A stretch of 64,000 nucleotides of DNA from Betaproteobacteria bacterium (lineage in GTDB: Bacteria > Pseudomonadota > Gammaproteobacteria > Burkholderiales > Casimicrobiaceae): assembly GCA_040007035.1 (NCBI GenBank), contig JBDTVU010000004.1:3232-67231 (forward strand). Direction: 5' to 3'. Below are positions 44,011 to 57,683 of this stretch, in pieces (positions within the stretch are counted from its first letter, which is position 1; each line of letters starts with the position of its first letter). Position numbers and translations under genes: made by a program. Under the pieces are notes generated by a model. The model ran no database searches. It worked only from the letters and a program-made list of their open reading frames with translations, and was not told the DNA's origin.

Positions 44011-44517
44011 TCAGCCGAGCTGGCGGAGCATCGTCTCCGCGTCGGACACTTCGAACTTGCCGGGCGCTTCGATGTTCAGCGTCTTCACGACGCCGTCGTC
44101 GACCAGCATCGAGAACCGTTGGCAGCGCACGCCCATCCCGCGCGCGACAAGGTCGAGCTCGAGGCCGAGCGCCTTGCTGTACGCGGCGCTGCCGTCGCCC
44201 ATCATCCGAACTTTGCCGCCGGTCTTCTGGTCGCGTGCCCACGCGCCCATCACGAACGCGTCGTTGACCGACATGCAGATCACTTCGGCCACACCCTTCG
44301 CTTTCAGCTTGTCGATGTTGGCGACGTAGCTCGGCACGTGCTTCGCCGAGCACGTCGGCGTGAACGCGCCGGGCAGCCCGAAGATCACGACCTTCCTGCC
44401 TTTGGTCAGCGTGTCCATCGCAAACGAGTTCGGGCCGACGCTACAGCCGTTGCCTTCGACCTCGACGTACTCCGACAGTGCGCCTGCGGGCAGCGTATCG
44501 CCAACCTTGATCGTCAT
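44011..44517 (-). CDS. Prx5-type peroxiredoxin
   Basis: MTIKVGDTLP..., peroxidatic Cys motif PGAFTPTCS; 168 aa from reverse ATG 44517. Confidence 0.85.
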   Translation of the reverse strand: MTIKVGDTLPAGALSEYVEVEGNGCSVGPNSFAMDTLTKGRKVVIFGLPGAFTPTCSAKHVPSYVANIDKLKAKGVAEVICMSVNDAFVMGAWARDQKTGGKVRMMGDGSAAYSKALGLELDLVARGMGVRCQRFSMLVDDGVVKTLNIEAPGKFEVSDAETMLRQLG

Positions 44518-44659
44518 GGAATCTCCTTGCGGTTCGTTCGGAAAGGGAGATGCGGAGAATCGCAGCACTGCGCACGAAATTCAACCCCACCTCTGGACGG
44601 GTCGGGGCCAACAGGGGTAGCGTTGCCGGCTCGGCTCGACACCCTGGGGAGGCTTCGCC

Positions 44660-45793
44660 ATGGCCACGCGCACGAAGGCGGCCGCGTCACGCAACACCGT
44701 GCTGTTGATCGCGACCCGCAAGGGATTGTGGACGCTGGCCGGCGATGCCGCACGCCGAAACTGGAAGCTCGCCGGTCCGCATTTCCTCGGCCACATCGTC
44801 CACCATGCCGTGCTCGATCCGCGCGACGGCAAGACGTTGCTGGCCGCCGCACGGACCGGCCACCTCGGGCCGACGATCTTCCGCTCGACCGACCGCGGTC
44901 GGTCGTGGAAGGAAGCTGCGCGACCGCCGGCATTCCGCGAGGGCAGCGGCCGCACCGTCGACCACACGTTCTGGCTGACGCCCGGGCACGCGTCCGAGCG
45001 CGGCGTCTGGTATGCCGGGACGTCGCCGCAGGGACTCTTCCGCTCGACCGACGGCGGCGTCACCTGGGCGGCGGTGGCCGGTTTCAACGATCACCCGAAG
45101 CGCAAGGCCTGGTGCAACAACGACGAGGACGGCACGCCCGATGGCGCGAAGCTGCATTCGGTCGTCGTCGATCCCCGCGACGCGGCGCACCTGTACGTCA
45201 GCATGTCCAGCGGCGGGACGTTCGAATCGGTCGATGGCGGCGCCGACTGGCGGCCGTTGAACCGCGGCGTCAAGGCCGACTTCCAGCCCGATCCCGATCC
45301 GGAGTTCGGGCACGACCCGCATTGCCTGCGCATCGCGCCGACGGCGCCGGATCGGCTCTACCAGCAGAACCACTGCGGGATCTTCCGGCTCGACCGGCCG
45401 GCCGAGCGGTGGACCGACATCGGCGCATCGATGCCGAAGTCGGTCGGCCCGATCGGCTTTCCGCTGGTCGTCCATCCGCACGATGCGGATACGCTGTGGG
45501 TGTTCCCGATGGACGGATCGAGCGTCTGGCCGCGGGTCTCGCCCGGGGGGCGTCCAGCCGTGTACCGGTCGGTCAACGGCGGGCGGACGTGGCAGCGGCA
45601 GGCGACCGGCTTGCCGGCGGCGCAGGCGTGGTGGACGGTCAAGCGGCAGGCTATGACCGCCGACCGCGCGTCTGCAGTGGGCGTTTACTTCGGGACCACG
45701 AGCGGCGAGCTCTGGGGCAGCCGCGACGAAGGCCGGACATGGAAATGCCTCGCCCGAAACCTGCCCCACATCTACGCGGTCGAGGTGGCGTGA
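44660..45793 (+). CDS. BNR/Asp-box repeat beta-propeller protein (sialidase-fold, no signal peptide seen)
   Basis: Five Asp-box motifs: STDRGRSW, STDGGVTW, SVDGGADW, SVNGGRTW and SRDEGRTW. GGGGAGG lies upstream of the ATG. Confidence 0.65.
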   Translation: MATRTKAAASRNTVLLIATRKGLWTLAGDAARRNWKLAGPHFLGHIVHHAVLDPRDGKTLLAAARTGHLGPTIFRSTDRGRSWKEAARPPAFREGSGRTVDHTFWLTPGHASERGVWYAGTSPQGLFRSTDGGVTWAAVAGFNDHPKRKAWCNNDEDGTPDGAKLHSVVVDPRDAAHLYVSMSSGGTFESVDGGADWRPLNRGVKADFQPDPDPEFGHDPHCLRIAPTAPDRLYQQNHCGIFRLDRPAERWTDIGASMPKSVGPIGFPLVVHPHDADTLWVFPMDGSSVWPRVSPGGRPAVYRSVNGGRTWQRQATGLPAAQAWWTVKRQAMTADRASAVGVYFGTTSGELWGSRDEGRTWKCLARNLPHIYAVEVA

Positions 45794-46101
45794 CCGGCGC
45801 GGCACGTGCACGCGGCGCGCGCGCCGCGACGCGCGTGCGGATCCCGGGCCTGCTGCGCTCGTACACCGGCGGCGCGGAGGTCGTCGATGTCGAGTTGGCC
45901 GGCGCCGCGCCTTCGGTCGCCGACGCGCTCGCGGCTCTCGACGCACGCTATCCGGGACTCGCGTTCCGGCTCGTCGACGAGCAGCACGCGATCCGGCCGC
46001 ACATCAAGCTTTTCGTCGACCGGGCGATCGCCCGCGACTTGGCCGAGCCGATCCCGCGCGGGGCGGAACTGATGATCGTCGGCGCGCTTTCGGGCGGCTG
46101 A
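45790..46101 (+). CDS. MoaD/ThiS-family ubiquitin-like small protein with a C-terminal Gly-Gly
   Basis: The protein ends ...ELMIVGALSGG*. MoaD-like pattern VRIPGLLRSYTGG...V.DALAAL..RYPGL. GTG 45790 overlaps the upstream stop (GTGA) and follows GAGG; an alternative GTG is at 45835. Confidence 0.6.
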   Translation: MTGAARARGARAATRVRIPGLLRSYTGGAEVVDVELAGAAPSVADALAALDARYPGLAFRLVDEQHAIRPHIKLFVDRAIARDLAEPIPRGAELMIVGALSGG

Positions 46102-46173
46102 CCAAATCGCCGAGCGGTCGCTGCGGCCGTTGCAACACCGCCGGCGTGGCTGCGCTGCGACGCACCATTTTCG

Positions 46174-46203
46174 TTGCGGGCCACAGGGGGAAACCGCTAT
46201 AAT
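46174..46203 (+). promoter_or_regulatory. Sigma70-type promoter candidate of the atp operon
   Basis: TTGCGG (46174-46179), an 18-nt spacer, then a perfect TATAAT (46198-46203). The -10 is flanked by the inverted repeat AAACCGC / GCGGTTT. Confidence 0.45.
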
Positions 46204-46211
46204 CCGGCGGT

Positions 46212-46640
46212 TTGCTTCTGCCGGCCGTGCCCCGGGTTTCAGGGGTTGCGCCGCGCCGGGTGATCCCTCCGCTCAAGTCGAAACCGTTCCGCACCGTCTT
46301 CCGATGGCAGGCGATCGTCACGCTGGCGATTGCGGCGATCGCCGGCGTCTGGGCCGGGGGGCACGGGGCGCTGTCGGCGGGGCTGGGCGGGATCGTGAAC
46401 CTCTCGGCCGGCGTGGTGTTCGCGTTCGTGCTGCAGGTGTCGCTCGGCGACGGGTTGCCGCGCGGGGCGGGACCGCCGCTCATCGCGATGTTCCGGGCGG
46501 AGGCGGCCAAGGTGATGGCGATCCTCGGCCAGTTGTGGCTGGTGCTGTCGACGTACAAGGACATCGTGCCAGCGGCGTTCTTCACCGCCTTCGTCGCCAC
46601 GGTGATCGTGTTCAGCATGGCGTTTTTCGTTCGCGACTAG
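46212..46640 (+). CDS. atpI: ATP synthase protein I (start uncertain)
   Basis: Small hydrophobic protein immediately upstream of atpB. If the TATAAT at 46198 is used, the in-frame GTG at 46260 is a more likely start than the track start 46212. Confidence 0.7.
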   Translation: MLLPAVPRVSGVAPRRVIPPLKSKPFRTVFRWQAIVTLAIAAIAGVWAGGHGALSAGLGGIVNLSAGVVFAFVLQVSLGDGLPRGAGPPLIAMFRAEAAKVMAILGQLWLVLSTYKDIVPAAFFTAFVATVIVFSMAFFVRD

Positions 46641-46658
46641 GGTTCGAGGATTGAGTCG

Positions 46659-47793
<1,135 letters not shown>

Positions 47794-47829
47794 GGCCTCC
47801 CGCGCAACTCACACTGCCAGGGAGCAGCC

Positions 47830-48300
47830 ATGAACATCAACCTGACGCTGCTGATGCAGGCCGCCGCGTTCGCGGCCTTCATCTGGTTCACGGCGAAATT
47901 CGTGTGGCCGCCGCTGATGCGCGCCATCGAGACCCGCCAGAAGCAGATCGCCGACGGCCTGGCCGCCGGCGAGCAGGGCAAGCAGAGCCTCGCCAGCGCC
48001 GAGAAGCGCATCACCGACATGCTCGACGAGGCCAAGGCGCGCTCGCACGACATCATCGCCCAGGGCGAGAAACTGAAGAGCGAGACGGTCGACGCCGCGA
48101 AAGCCGAGGCGAAGGCCGAGGCCGACCGCATCCTCGCCGCGGCCAAGGCCGAGATCCAGCAGGAGGTCTCCCGGGCGAAGGAGTCGCTGCGCAACCAGGT
48201 CGCCGATCTCGCCGTCGCCGGCGCGACGAAGATCCTGAAGCGCGAAGTCGACGCCAAGGCGCATGCCGACCTCCTCGCCGCGATCCGGCAGGAACTGTAG
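47830..48300 (+). CDS. atpF: F0F1 ATP synthase subunit b
   Basis: Single N-terminal TM segment plus a long charged helix; 156 aa; operon position. Confidence 0.9.
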   Translation: MNINLTLLMQAAAFAAFIWFTAKFVWPPLMRAIETRQKQIADGLAAGEQGKQSLASAEKRITDMLDEAKARSHDIIAQGEKLKSETVDAAKAEAKAEADRILAAAKAEIQQEVSRAKESLRNQVADLAVAGATKILKREVDAKAHADLLAAIRQEL

Positions 48301-48312
48301 GCGGAGCCCGCG

Positions 48313-48849
48313 ATGGCCGAACTGACGACGATCGCCCGTCCCTACGCGGAAGCCGCGTTCCGGCTCGCCCGCGACCAGCACGCGCTGCCGGCGTGGTCGG
48401 AGATGCTGCAGTTCGTCAGCGCCGTGGTCGCCGATCCGCGGATGGCGGCAGCACTCGACGACCCGAAGGCGACCGCCGCCGACAAGGAAGCGCGGCTGCT
48501 GGGCGTCTGCGGTGACCGCCTCGACCCGCTGGGACGCAACTTCGTCCGGGTGCTGGTCGCCGGCGACCGCGTCGGCGTCGTGGCGCAGATCGCGGCGCTG
48601 TTCGACGCATTGAAGAACGACGCCGAGGGCGTGGCGAAGGCGACCATCGAGTCCGCGTTCCCGCTGACCGACGCGCAGGTGGCCGAGCTGAAGTCGGCGC
48701 TGGAGAAGCGCTTCGGCAAGCGGATCGACGCCACCGTCAGCGTCCTGCCGGCGCTGATCGGCGGCGCCCGGGTGAGCGTCGGCGACACGGTGATCGACGG
48801 CTCGGTCGCGGCGCAGCTCGACGCGATGGCGAACCATTTGCGGGCCTGA
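48313..48849 (+). CDS. atpH: F0F1 ATP synthase subunit delta
   Basis: [16 protein letters not shown]...; 178 aa; operon position. Confidence 0.9.
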   Translation: MAELTTIARPYAEAAFRLARDQHALPAWSEMLQFVSAVVADPRMAAALDDPKATAADKEARLLGVCGDRLDPLGRNFVRVLVAGDRVGVVAQIAALFDALKNDAEGVAKATIESAFPLTDAQVAELKSALEKRFGKRIDATVSVLPALIGGARVSVGDTVIDGSVAAQLDAMANHLRA

Positions 48850-48907
48850 TTCTCAATCTACGGTGGCGCCGGCGGCAGGCGCGCCCGGTGCGACGCGAGG
48901 AACCATC

Positions 48908-50449
48908 ATGCAGTTGAATCCATCCGAAATCAGCGAACTGATCAAGAGCAAGATCCAGAGCCTCGACACCGGCGCCGAGGTGCGCACGCAGGGCACGGTG
49001 GTCTCGGTGACCGACGGCATCTGCCGCATCCACGGCCTGTCCGACGCGATGGCCGGCGAGATGCTGGAGTTCCCGCAGAACACGTTCGGCCTTGCGTTGA
49101 ACCTCGAGCGCGACTCGGTCGGCGCAGTGATCCTGGGCGCCTACGAGCACATCACCGAGGGCGACACCGTCAAGTGCACGGGCCGGATCCTGTCGGTGCC
49201 GGTCGGCCCCGAGCTCATCGGCCGCGTGGTCAACTCGCTCGGCCAGCCGATCGACGGCAAGGGCCCGATCAACGCCAAGGAATCCGACGTCATCGAGAAG
49301 GTGGCACCGGGCGTGATCTGGCGGCAGTCTGTGGGGCAGCCGGTGCAGACGGGCCTGAAGTCGATCGACTCGATGGTGCCGATCGGCCGTGGCCAGCGCG
49401 AGCTCATCATCGGCGACCGGCAGACGGGCAAGACGGCGGTTGCCATAGACACGATCATCAACCAGAAGGGCAAGGACCTTATCTGCGTGTACGTCGCGAT
49501 CGGGCAGAAGGCGTCGTCGATCAAGAGCGTCATCCGCAAGCTCGAGGAGCACGGCGCGATGGACTACACGATCGTGCTCGCCGCGACGGCGTCCGAGTCG
49601 GCGGCGATGCAGTACATCGCGCCGTACTCCGGCTGCACGATGGGCGAGTACTTCCGCGACCGCGGCCAGGACGCGCTGATCATCTACGACGATCTGACCA
49701 AGCAGGCGTGGGCCTATCGCCAGATCTCGCTGCTGCTGCGCCGTCCGCCGGGCCGCGAGGCGTATCCCGGCGACGTGTTCTACCTGCACTCGCGGCTGCT
49801 CGAGCGGGCCGCGCGCGTCAACCCTGCTTACGTGGAGAACTTCACCAAGGGCGCGGTCAAGGGCAGGACCGGCTCGCTGACTGCGCTGCCGGTCATCGAG
49901 ACGCAGGCCGGCGACGTGACCGCGTTCGTGCCGACCAACGTGATCTCGATCACCGACGGCCAGATCTTCCTCGAGAGCGACCTGTTCAACGCCGGCATCC
50001 GGCCGGCGATCAACGCCGGCATCTCGGTGTCGCGCGTCGGCGGCGCGGCGCAGACGAAGATCATCAAGAAGCTGGGCGGCGGCGTCCGGCTGGCGCTGGC
50101 GCAGTACCGCGAGCTCGCCGCCTTCGCCCAGTTCGCGTCCGACCTCGACGAAGCCACCCGCAAGCAGCTCGAGCGCGGCCGGCTCGTCACCGAGCTGATG
50201 AAGCAGCCGCAGTACGAGCCGCTGCAGGTCAACGAGATGGCGGTGACGCTGTTCGCCGTCAACAAGGGCTTCTACGACGACGTGCCGGTGGAAAAGGCGC
50301 TGGCGTTCGAGTCCGCGCTGCGCGCCTTCCTCAAGAGCAAGTACGCGGCGCTGATGGACAACATCGAGAAGACCAAGGATCTCTCGGCCGACGACGAGAA
50401 GGCGCTCACCGCCGCCGTCGAGGACTTCCGCAAGAACGGCGCGTACTGA
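48908..50449 (+). CDS. atpA: F0F1 ATP synthase subunit alpha
   Basis: Start [13 protein letters not shown] at ATG 48908; P-loop GDRQTGKT. Confidence 0.95.
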   Translation: MQLNPSEISELIKSKIQSLDTGAEVRTQGTVVSVTDGICRIHGLSDAMAGEMLEFPQNTFGLALNLERDSVGAVILGAYEHITEGDTVKCTGRILSVPVGPELIGRVVNSLGQPIDGKGPINAKESDVIEKVAPGVIWRQSVGQPVQTGLKSIDSMVPIGRGQRELIIGDRQTGKTAVAIDTIINQKGKDLICVYVAIGQKASSIKSVIRKLEEHGAMDYTIVLAATASESAAMQYIAPYSGCTMGEYFRDRGQDALIIYDDLTKQAWAYRQISLLLRRPPGREAYPGDVFYLHSRLLERAARVNPAYVENFTKGAVKGRTGSLTALPVIETQAGDVTAFVPTNVISITDGQIFLESDLFNAGIRPAINAGISVSRVGGAAQTKIIKKLGGGVRLALAQYRELAAFAQFASDLDEATRKQLERGRLVTELMKQPQYEPLQVNEMAVTLFAVNKGFYDDVPVEKALAFESALRAFLKSKYAALMDNIEKTKDLSADDEKALTAAVEDFRKNGAY

Positions 50450-50482
50450 CCGCCGCGTCCGGGCAGACCGAGGATCAGAGCC

Positions 50483-52817
<2,335 letters not shown>

Positions 52818-52842
52818 CGTCCGTCGCCGGAGGTACATCACG

Positions 52843-53265
52843 ATGGCCCACACCATTCACGTCGACGTCGTCAGCGCCGAGGCGCTGATCTTCTCGGGCG
52901 AAGCGGAATTCGTCGTGCTGCCCGGCGTCATGGGCGAGCTCGGCATCTACCCGCGCCACGCGCCGCTGCTCACCCAGATCAAGCCGGGCGCGGTGCGGAT
53001 CAAGGTGCCCGGCCAGGACGAAGACGAGCTGGTGTTCGTCCACGGCGGCTTCCTCGAGGTGCAGCCGATGCGGGTGACGGTGCTCGCCGACACGGCGATC
53101 CGGGCGAAGGACCTGGACGAGGTCAAGGCCGCCGAGGCCAAGCGCGCCGCCGAGGAAGCGATGCAGAACAAGACCTCCGCCGAGGAGATCGCGACGGCCG
53201 AGGCCGAGCTCGCGATCGCCGTGGCCCAGATCGAGGCAATCCGCAAGATGCGGCACCGCGCCTGA
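52843..53265 (+). CDS. atpC: F0F1 ATP synthase subunit epsilon
   Basis: 140 aa, last gene of the operon, [19 protein letters not shown]. Confidence 0.9.
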   Translation: MAHTIHVDVVSAEALIFSGEAEFVVLPGVMGELGIYPRHAPLLTQIKPGAVRIKVPGQDEDELVFVHGGFLEVQPMRVTVLADTAIRAKDLDEVKAAEAKRAAEEAMQNKTSAEEIATAEAELAIAVAQIEAIRKMRHRA

Positions 53266-53304
53266 CGCGGGCGGCCCGGAGGGACGGCCGGCAGTGCCCG
53301 AACC

Positions 53305-53328
53305 AGGGGCGGCCCAAGGGTCGCCCCT
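53305..53328 (+). terminator. Candidate terminator after atpC
   Basis: 7-bp stem AGGGGCG / CGCCCCT with a 10-nt loop, followed by the T-containing TCGCTTATTG. Confidence 0.4.
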
Positions 53329-53348
53329 TCGCTTATTGCGCCACGTCA

Positions 53349-53391
53349 TTGCCCGCGGCCGCGGCTGCGTTAGAATGTTGCATCGCAACAT
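53349..53391 (+). promoter_or_regulatory. Promoter candidate with an overlapping palindromic operator-like site, upstream of the MaoC-PTA gene
   Basis: TTGCCC (53349-53354), a 16-nt spacer, then TAGAAT (53371-53376). Palindrome ATGTTGC-atc-GCAACAT at 53375-53391 overlaps the -10 / start region. Confidence 0.35.
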
Positions 53392-53528
53392 GACGCCGGA
53401 AGCGCCTGCCATGGCCGACCCCACCCCGACGATCGCCCGCGCGACGCAGACCCGGCGCGGCGGCGGCAGCCTCGTCGCGCGGCGCCTGAAGTCGGCTCGC
53501 GGCCGCCCCCCGAACAGGGAATAGCCCA

Positions 53529-54926
53529 ATGATGACCGATTTCCACAACCACCCGTACGACGCCATTGCCATCGGCGAATCCGAGACTGCGACGCGATCC
53601 ATTTCGGCGACCGAGGTCGAAGGCTTGGCGATGGCCGCAGGCGAGGTCGACCCGTTCCACCTCGAGGGCTCGAATCCCGCGCGCGGCGAGGCACTGGCGG
53701 CGCCGGGCGCGGCGGCGATTGCGATGATCTCGGGTATGCTGCTGCGCCGGCTGCCCGGCCCGGGCAGCCAGATCGTTGCCACCCAGTTCCATTACGCGGG
53801 GACGCTCGGCGCCGGCGACACCCTGACGGCGACGGTGACGGCGAAGACCAAGCATGACCGCGGCCACCGGATCGATTTCGCCTGCCGCTGCGTCAATCAG
53901 CGCGGTGAGACGCTGGTCGAAGGAGTGGCCACCGTCGCCGCGCCGACGGCGTTGGTGAAGTATTCGAACGTCGCCACGCCGGAGGTCATCCTGCGGCGCA
54001 ACGACGGCTTCACCCGGCTGCTGGCCCAGTGCCAGGGGCTGCCGCCGGTCACCTGCGCGATCGTTCACCCCTGCGACCGCGACTCGCTGCTGGGGCCGAT
54101 CGAGGCGGCACGCCGCGGGCTGATCATTCCGGTGCTGGTGGGGCCGGAGGCGAAGATCCGCGCGGTCGCCAAAGCCGAGGGCGCCGACATCGCGCCGTAC
54201 CGGATCGTCGGCACCGAGCACAGCGCCGCCGCCGCCGACCGCGCAGTGGCGATGGCCCGGGCCGGCGAGGTCGAGTCGTTGATGAAGGGCAGCCTGCACA
54301 CCGACGAGCTGATGGGGGCGGTGGTGTCGTCGGCGACCGGGCTGCGCACCGCGCGCCGGATCAGCCACGTGTACGTGATGGACGTGCCGGCATACCCGAA
54401 ACTGCTGCTGGTGACCGACGCCGCGGTCAACATCTTTCCCGACCTCCAGCAAAAGGTCGACATCGTGCAGAACGCGATCGAACTCGCCCGCGTGCTCGGC
54501 ATCGACAAGCCGAAGGTCGCGATCCTGTCGGCTGTGGAGACGATCAACCCGAAGATCCAGTCGACGCTCGACGCTGCGGCGCTGTGCAAGATGTCCGACC
54601 GCGGCCAGATCTCCGGCGGCATCCTCGACGGCCCGCTCGCCTTCGACAACGCAATCTCGGCCGAGGCGGCGCGGGCGAAGAAGATCGTCTCGCCGGTGGC
54701 GGGCCACGCCGACATCCTGCTCGTACCCGACCTCGAAGCAGGCAACATGCTGGCGAAGCAGTTGCAGTACCTCGCCGGCGCCGACGCTGCCGGAATCGTC
54801 GTCGGCGCCCGCGTCCCGATCGTGCTGACGTCGCGTGCCGACAGCATCCGCACCCGGCTGGCGTCGATCGCCGTGCTGAAGCTCCTCGCCCACAGCCGCC
54901 GTCCGCAGGGGCCGAAGGGCGACTGA
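53529..54926 (+). CDS. Bifunctional MaoC-like (R)-hydratase / phosphate acyltransferase (PTA_PTB) fusion
   Basis: The N-terminal hot-dog fold region (...FHYAGTLGAGDTLTATVTAKTKHDRGHRIDFACRCVNQRGETLVEG) is fused to a PTA/PTB domain (AIVHPCDRDSLLGPIEAARRGLIIPVLVGP...GHADILLVPDLEAGNMLAKQL). Confidence 0.75.
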   Translation: MMTDFHNHPYDAIAIGESETATRSISATEVEGLAMAAGEVDPFHLEGSNPARGEALAAPGAAAIAMISGMLLRRLPGPGSQIVATQFHYAGTLGAGDTLTATVTAKTKHDRGHRIDFACRCVNQRGETLVEGVATVAAPTALVKYSNVATPEVILRRNDGFTRLLAQCQGLPPVTCAIVHPCDRDSLLGPIEAARRGLIIPVLVGPEAKIRAVAKAEGADIAPYRIVGTEHSAAAADRAVAMARAGEVESLMKGSLHTDELMGAVVSSATGLRTARRISHVYVMDVPAYPKLLLVTDAAVNIFPDLQQKVDIVQNAIELARVLGIDKPKVAILSAVETINPKIQSTLDAAALCKMSDRGQISGGILDGPLAFDNAISAEAARAKKIVSPVAGHADILLVPDLEAGNMLAKQLQYLAGADAAGIVVGARVPIVLTSRADSIRTRLASIAVLKLLAHSRRPQGPKGD

Positions 54927-55061
54927 CGCCGGCGGCACGCGCCGGTCGCGCGCAAGACCGCGGAAGCGTCGGCGCATTGGCGAGCGCCATCATGCGGCGA
55001 GCGTGCCGGTGCTGCGCGCCGTGCCTCGACACGCCCTCCCGGCGCGGCGCATCATCGCGCG

Positions 55062-56486
55062 ATGGCCGACTCCCCGCGTTTCGCTGCCGGCGTCCGCATC
55101 GAGCACGACGCGCTCGGCGACGTGCGCGTGCCCGCCGATCGGCTGTGGGGCGCGCAGACGCAGCGCTCGATCGAAAACTTCCCCATCGGCCGCGACCGCT
55201 ATCGTTGGGGCCGTGACGTGATCCGCGCGTTCGGCCTCGTCAAGCAGTGCGCGGCGCGCGCGAACGCCGGGCTGGGCGAGCTGCCGCGCGAGAAGGCGGC
55301 GCTGATCGCCCGCGCCGCGCAGGAGGTCGTCGACGGCGCGCTCGACGCCGAGTTCCCGCTCGTCGTCTGGCAGACAGGCTCGGGCACGCAGTCAAACATG
55401 AACGCGAACGAGGTGATCGCCAATCGCGCGATCCAGCTCGCCGGCGGCGTGGTCGGCTCGAAGACGCCGATCGACCCCAACGACGACGTCAACCGCGGCC
55501 AGTCGTCGAACGACGCGTTCCCGGCGGTGATGCACGTCGCCGCGGTCGAGGCGATCGAGTCGGCGCTGCTGCCGGCGGTCGCCGCGCTGCAGGCGACGCT
55601 GACCGCGAAGGCCGGCGACTACGCGGGACTGGTGATGCTCGGGCGCACGCACCTGCAGGACGCGACGCCGGTGACGCTCGGGCAGGTGATCGGCGGCTGG
55701 GCGGCGCAGGTCGACGCCGCGCAGGCGACGATCCGCGCCGCGCTTCAGGGCCTCTACGCGCTGGCGCTCGGCGGCACCGCGGTCGGCACCGGGCTCAACG
55801 CGCATCCGCGCTTCGGCGAGACCGTCGCCCGCGAGCTGGCCGAGGTGACCGGCCGGCCGTTCGTCGCCGCGGCGAACAAGTTCGCGGCACTCTCCGCGCA
55901 CGACGCGGTGGTCACCGCCAGTGCGTCGCTGCGCACGCTCGCCGGCGCGTTGATGAAGATCGGCAACGACGTCCGCTGGTACGCGAGCGGCCCGCGTGCC
56001 GGAATCGGCGAGATCACGATTCCGGACAACGAGCCGGGCTCGTCGATCATGCCGGGCAAGATCAACCCGACGCAGTGCGAAGCGCTGACGCAGGTCGCCG
56101 TGCAGGTGTTCGGCAACGACCACGCGGTGGCGTTCGCCGGCTCGCAGGGCAACTTCCAGCTCAACGTCTACAAGCCGGTGATGCTCCACAACGTGCTCGA
56201 GTCCGCCGGGCTGCTGGCCGCCGCCGTGCGCTCGTTCGACGAGCGCTGCGCGCGTGGCGTCGAGCCCGACCGGGCGCGGATCGACGCCCACGTCGCCACG
56301 TCGCTGATGCTCGTCACCGCGCTCAATCCGCACATTGGCTACGCCAACGCGGCGCGAATCGCGCTCGCCGCGTACCGCGACGGCACGTCGCTGCGCGCGG
56401 CCGCGCTCGACCTCGGCCTGGTGACGGCGGAGGACTTCGACCGCTGGGTGCGGCCGGAGGCGATGACGCGACCGGGAACCGGTTGA
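55062..56486 (+). CDS. fumC: Class II fumarate hydratase
   Basis: [18 protein letters not shown] and signature [16 protein letters not shown]. Confidence 0.85.
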   Translation: MADSPRFAAGVRIEHDALGDVRVPADRLWGAQTQRSIENFPIGRDRYRWGRDVIRAFGLVKQCAARANAGLGELPREKAALIARAAQEVVDGALDAEFPLVVWQTGSGTQSNMNANEVIANRAIQLAGGVVGSKTPIDPNDDVNRGQSSNDAFPAVMHVAAVEAIESALLPAVAALQATLTAKAGDYAGLVMLGRTHLQDATPVTLGQVIGGWAAQVDAAQATIRAALQGLYALALGGTAVGTGLNAHPRFGETVARELAEVTGRPFVAAANKFAALSAHDAVVTASASLRTLAGALMKIGNDVRWYASGPRAGIGEITIPDNEPGSSIMPGKINPTQCEALTQVAVQVFGNDHAVAFAGSQGNFQLNVYKPVMLHNVLESAGLLAAAVRSFDERCARGVEPDRARIDAHVATSLMLVTALNPHIGYANAARIALAAYRDGTSLRAAALDLGLVTAEDFDRWVRPEAMTRPGTG

Positions 56487-56495
56487 CGCCGGCGC

Positions 56496-57683
56496 TCAGG
56501 CGGCGCGGTGCGACGCGCCCGCCGCGAGCTGCTGCTCGGCGAGCGTCACCCAGTAGCTCGCGCCGACCGCCAGCGCATCGTCGTTGAAGTCGTAGTGCGG
56601 GTTGTGCAGCCCCGGCGTCTGCGCGCCGCGTCCGCTGCCGAGCCAGACGTAGCAGCCGGGCTTCGCCTCGAGCATGAACGCGAAGTCCTCGCTTCCCATT
56701 TCCGGCACCGGGTCGGTGTCGACGTTGGCGGCGCCGACGACGGCGGTGGCGGCGGCGATCGCGTGCCGGGCCTCGGCCTCCGAATTGACGGTCGCCGGAT
56801 AGCGTCGTTCGTAACGGACCGTCGCGCTCATCTCGAACGTCGCAGCGATGCCGGCGACGATCGTGCGCAGCCGCTGCTCGATCAGCTCCTGCACGTCGCG
56901 CCGGAACGTGCGCACGGTGCCGCGCAGCACGACTTCCTGCGGAATCACGTTCCAGGTGTCGCCGCCGTGGACCTGGGTGACGCTGACCACGCCCGCATCG
57001 AGCGGATGGAGGTTGCGGGCGACGATCGTCTGCAGCGCGCTGATCGCGTGCGCGACGAACAGCATCGGGTCCTTGCCCTCGTACGGCATCGCCGCGTGCG
57101 CGCCTTTGCCGGTGACGACGATCTCGAAGATGTCGTACGCGCCCATCAACGGGCCCGCCTTGGTGGCGAACGCGCCGACCGGCATCCGCGGCCAGTTGTG
57201 CATCCCGTACACGGCGCGCATCGGGAAGCGGTCGAACAGCCCCTCTTCGACCATCACCCGGCCACCGCCTTCGTTCTCCTCGGCCGGCTGGAAGATGAAG
57301 TAGACGGTGCCGTCGAAGCGCTTCGTCCGCGCCAGTGCCGCGGCGGCGCCGAGCAGCATCGTCGTGTGGCCGTCGTGGCCGCAGGCGTGCATCTTCCCTG
57401 CGTGCTTCGACGCGTGGGCGACGCCGCTCTTTTCGTGGATGTGCAGCGCGTCGAGGTCGGCGCGCAGGCCGATCGCCGCCGCGCCGCCACCGGCGCGCAG
57501 CACGCCGACGACGCCGGTCTTCGCGAGCCCGGTGTGCACGTCGAGGCCGAACGAACGCAGCTTGTCGGCGACGAACGCGCCGGTCGCGCTTTCCTCGAAC
57601 GCGGTTTCCGGATGCGCGTGCAGATGGTGGCGCCACGTCTTCATCTCGGGGACAAGCGCGGCGATTTCCGGAACGAGCTTCAT
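56496..57683 (-). CDS. M20-family amidohydrolase (hippurate hydrolase / N-acyl-amino-acid amidohydrolase type)
   Basis: Start MKLVPEIAALVPEMKTWRHHLHAHPE at reverse ATG 57683; metal-ligand motif HACGHDGH. Confidence 0.8.
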   Translation of the reverse strand: MKLVPEIAALVPEMKTWRHHLHAHPETAFEESATGAFVADKLRSFGLDVHTGLAKTGVVGVLRAGGGAAAIGLRADLDALHIHEKSGVAHASKHAGKMHACGHDGHTTMLLGAAAALARTKRFDGTVYFIFQPAEENEGGGRVMVEEGLFDRFPMRAVYGMHNWPRMPVGAFATKAGPLMGAYDIFEIVVTGKGAHAAMPYEGKDPMLFVAHAISALQTIVARNLHPLDAGVVSVTQVHGGDTWNVIPQEVVLRGTVRTFRRDVQELIEQRLRTIVAGIAATFEMSATVRYERRYPATVNSEAEARHAIAAATAVVGAANVDTDPVPEMGSEDFAFMLEAKPGCYVWLGSGRGAQTPGLHNPHYDFNDDALAVGASYWVTLAEQQLAAGASHRAA

